Of a DNA stretch of 64,000 bases, positions 60,399 to 64,000 are shown one piece after another. Within the stretch, counting starts at the first letter, position 1. Each line of letters starts with the position of its first letter. The stretch is taken from NCBI GenBank assembly GCA_051362555.1, contig CM120647.1, forward strand, positions 18,328,651 through 18,392,650, in the 5' to 3' direction. Under the pieces are notes generated by a model. That model saw only the letters and a list, made by a program, of their open reading frames with translations. It was not told where the DNA came from and did no database searches. A program made the position numbers and the translations under genes. The DNA comes from Lingula anatina. Lineage: Eukaryota > Animalia > Brachiopoda.

Positions 60399-62322
60399 AA
60401 CAAGGCAGCAAAGCTGTCAAATGTACAGACAAAAAACAGAAAAAATTAAACTGCAAATTCAACATCAAATTTTAATTATGCTCAACAGGTAATACCAATG
60501 TTAGTAAAATGTGAAACAAGCATAAGGCTTCAGGCCCATGGGAGTTCAAGTTCACACTTTGAAAATGTAAAACTTCCAGAAAAAGAAGTCAATTAGACTG
60601 CTTTTCCAACTTAGGCTGCATTTTAGTCCTGTATTTCTTTTTTGAAAGTTTGGCAATCATAAGTAACATGGTTTTCCCATAATGGTCATCATGGCAGCAG
60701 CACCCAAAATTGTGTTTTCTTCTATTCTGATGCAATATTACATAATGGTTAACAGCATAATGACAATCAATTTTTAATAACAAAATATATGTATCATGGA
60801 TTTTCAGAAAATGTGACTAGCCTGGGTCTTCAAGCCTGTGGAACTTCAAAGTCACACCTTGAAAATGCCAATATGTGAAAAATTAAATTTTCACAAAAAA
60901 CTGTTTATCTGGCAGATTGCATTGCCTACTGAAGCTGTATTTTAGTCCCATGTTTCTTTCCTGTAAGTTTGAGAACAGTAAGTGACATGGTTTTTCTTAA
61001 AAGATAATCATGGGAGCAGTGCCCAAAATAGGTTTTTTTCAAATTTTGATGCAATATTACATAATGTTTAACAGCATAATGACCATCAATTTTTAATAAT
61101 AAAATATTAGTATCATGGATATTCAGAAAATGTGACTAGCAAAGGTCTTCAGGCCCATGGAACTTCAAAGTCACAACTTGAAAATGCCAAAATGTAAACA
61201 AGACAGCACTGTTCTGAAATGTTTTTTTCCCTATTTTTAACAATTTTTAACATAAAACAAAATTAACAGTTTACTGCCATTTTTATATGATCAACTAAGA
61301 AAATTGATGAGATGGGAAAAGTATCAATAGAGCAGTGTTAAATGTCCAATTTCTTCCATTCTGAGATTATGAACATAGTGAATGATTGACTCTGACAAAT
61401 TGCAATGATATGAGTTTATTTCCATTTTTGAAACTTTATTACACAATACACAATAACATGTTTACCATCATTTTTACAAAATCAACTAACAATGTTGTAA
61501 AGATGCAGGAAATGTCAAACAAACACTTTAACGTATCTTATTAGTTTAAAAATGAGACTGTTAACATGCCTAAAAATTGAATCTGAGGAAATGTGAAAAA
61601 ACAGCATACCTTCTAAAATAATGGCACGATTATGCTGATTTACGAACTCAACCTGCATTTTAGTAAAATTGACCACTCCTGTGACTTTCATGACAATTGG
61701 CCCGTCTGTTTTTCTTATATTGTGTTTACAGTGTTGCATATATGCTGAAAAGTGTAAAAAACAGCATAACTAGTAAAATGGTGGCCCGATCATGCCGATT
61801 TTCGAACTTGACCTGCGTTTTAGTAAGATTGATTACTCCTGTGACTTTCATGACAACAGGTCTATCGGTTTTCCTTGAAATGTGTTAACAGTGTTGCATA
61901 TATGCTGAAAAGTGAAAAAACAGCATAACTACTAAAATGGTGGCCCGATCATGCCGATTTTCGAACTTGATCTGCGTTTTAGTAAGACTGATTACTCCTG
62001 TGAGTTTCATGACAACAGGCCTATCGGTTTTCCTTGAAATGTGTTAACAGTGTTGCATATATGCTAAAAAGTGAAAAAACAGCATAAATTCTACAATAAT
62101 GGCCCGATCATGCTGATTTTCGAACTTGACCTGCGTTTTATGAATATTAGTCAGCTCTGTAAATATAAAGCCAAAAAGTAAAACTGTCTTCCACTTATGG
62201 TGTTAACGCTGAAAGTGCACGGCGACGGCGACGGCGACGGCGACATGATCGGCGACGGCGACGGCGACGACAGACGCAGGTGATGGCAATATGTACAGAC
62301 ACATCTGTGTCTGTACATAAAA
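60399..62322 (-). mobile_element. Helentron/HINE-like element with two different internal tandem arrays (~300-318 bp x ~2.3; ~159 bp x ~3.5)
   Basis: Minus-strand 5' hairpin ATGTACAGACAC-AGAT-GTGTCTGTACAT, then a (CGTCGC)n microsatellite. The 3' end has subterminal IR TGTCTGTACAT, palindrome CAGCTTTGCTG and a CTTGTT end. AACAGCATA units lie at ~61600, 61760, 61919 and 62078. Confidence 0.8.
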
Positions 62323-62431
62323 AGCTATGGCAGTACATGGGTCAGTTTAGACCTTAAATCCGTTTTTAGCTTATAGCAAGCAGTTGGCTCGCATTTAAGT
62401 TTGCTCACCTACTGCAACTCCCGTCACAGTG

Positions 62432-62752
62432 CAGGGGCGAATCCAGGATTATTTGAAAGGGGTGGGGGGGTCCGCAGATGCGAATCCGACCCCCTCCCCC
62501 CGGTTAATGTGGGTTCGAGGCCCGGTGAAGGGCCCCGATTTTTTTTTTGGGGGGGGGGGGTGGGGGTGGGGGGTGGGGGGGATTTTAGACGGAGAACGGT
62601 GCCATTTGGTAAAGTTTAGTACTTTAGTTAGTCAACTAAAGGTTTAGTACTTCAGCTAGTCAAAATTCTTATTCCAAGAGGGGAATATTAGTGTGATTTT
62701 TTTCAGAAACTGAAGGGGGGGGGGGGGGGGGGAGGGGGTCTGTGCACCCGTA
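62432..62752 (+). mobile_element. Degenerate G-rich CAGGGGCG(A/G)ATCCAG MITE
   Basis: 5' end matches 37565 (CAGGGGCGGATCCAGGATTATT); poly-G interior; 3' TIR degraded. Confidence 0.45.
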
Positions 62753-62842
62753 ATATGAAGTTTGTGGTACACATGATGACAAAAACGTTTATTAGATATG
62801 GAATGGGTTTATTTCATTCTTACTTACAGATGCCCATTTCGG

Positions 62843-64000
62843 ACTAGAGGATCAGAGAGGCGATACCGCCTCCGAATATTGTATCACCATCTGGAGCAAG
62901 CGCATTCGTATAGACCCCCACATACACAAAATAAGGGACACAGCCACCAGTCTTGTGCTTGACAAGCTGTAAACATGCAATCAACAAGAATTTTCAATAT
63001 ATGCAAAAAATATATGAAACTAAAAATGGTACAATCAAATTTGAGTTCATCGTAAGGTAGGTGAAAGGTCATTTTCAAGGTCACAGTAAATTGCCAGTAT
63101 ATGACTTCCTATTCAAGTTCAATAGTAACTATGGACCTATCTCTGCCAGTTTTGGAGATATAAGGGAAGCAAAATTTGCAAAGTTCAGTTCATGGTGAAA
63201 AGTAGGTCAAAGGTCAATTTTAAGGTCACATTTAGATTGCCAGTATATGACTTCCAATTCAAGTTCAATAGTAACTATGGACCTATCTCTGCCAGGTTTG
63301 GAGTTAAAAGAGAAAGAAATTAGCAGAGTTCAGTTCATGATAAAAAGTGGGTCAAAGGTCAATTTCAAGGTCACACTTAGATTGCCAGTATATGACTTCC
63401 TATTCAACTTCAATAGTAACTATGGACCTATCTCTGCCAGTTTTGGAGATATAAGGGAAGCAAAATTTGCAAAGTTCAGTTCATGGTGAAAAGTAGGTCA
63501 AAGGTCAATTTTAAGGTCACATTTAGATTGCCAGTATATGACTTCCTATTCAAGTTCAACAGTAACCATGGACCTATCTCTGCCAGTTTTGGAGATAAAA
63601 GGGAAGCAAAATTTGCAAAGTTCAGTTCATGGTGAAAAGTAGGTCAAAGGTCAATTTTAAGGTCACATTTAGATTGCCAGTATATGACTTCCTATTCAAC
63701 TTCAATAGTAACTATGGACATATCTCTGCCAGTTTTGGAGATAAAAGGGAAGCAAAATTTGCAAAGTTCAGTTCATGGTGAAAAGTAGGTCAAAGGTCAA
63801 TTTCAAGGTCACATTTGGATTGCCAGTATATGACTTCCTATTCAACTTCAATAGTAACTTTGGACCTATCTCTGCCAGTTTTGGAGATATAAGGGACTAA
63901 ATGTTATCATTTTGGAGTTACCATAATGTGCCATAAATTTCCTACAGAAAAGATTAATTAAAATAAAGAAAACATCATTTTGGTCAAAATTCTTAAAATA
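62843..64000 (-). mobile_element. Second copy of the 146-bp-satellite Helentron-like element (reverse orientation, cut by the window end)
   Basis: ACTAGAGGATCAGAGAGGCGATACCGCCTCC is the reverse complement of 14763-14793. Six 146-bp units (CTATCTCTGCCAG at ~63137-63867) are followed by a single junction segment. Confidence 0.92.

Overview
AT-rich, intron-rich animal genomic DNA, probably a marine invertebrate such as a mollusc (inferred from the gene set and repeat types, not proven). I assembled four spliced genes by hand from GT-AG sites and checked that each stays in frame. They are PHF20/PHF20L1 (+, 850-15086, 5' end uncertain), FBXW5 (-, 22336-16525), TMEM241/SLC35D4 (+, 24509-31843) and an unnamed gene (-, 56902-34063). 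The unnamed gene is the main find. Its 38 coding exons give a ~1541-aa predicted secreted protein: a signal peptide and 12 tandem LCCL domains joined by 11 four-cysteine follistatin-N/EGF-like linkers. It is built from a repeated, frame-symmetric three-exon cassette (64/~131/~195 nt), and the ORF track shows only fragments of it. Introns and intergenic DNA hold non-autonomous transposons: Helentron/HINE-like elements with internal satellite arrays, TTAA-target (Kolobok-type) MITEs including one filled/empty-site pair, PIF/Harbinger-like MITEs and a long-TIR element with an 8-bp TSD. Four minisatellites share a 16-bp core. I saw no CRISPR array, rRNA or tRNA.
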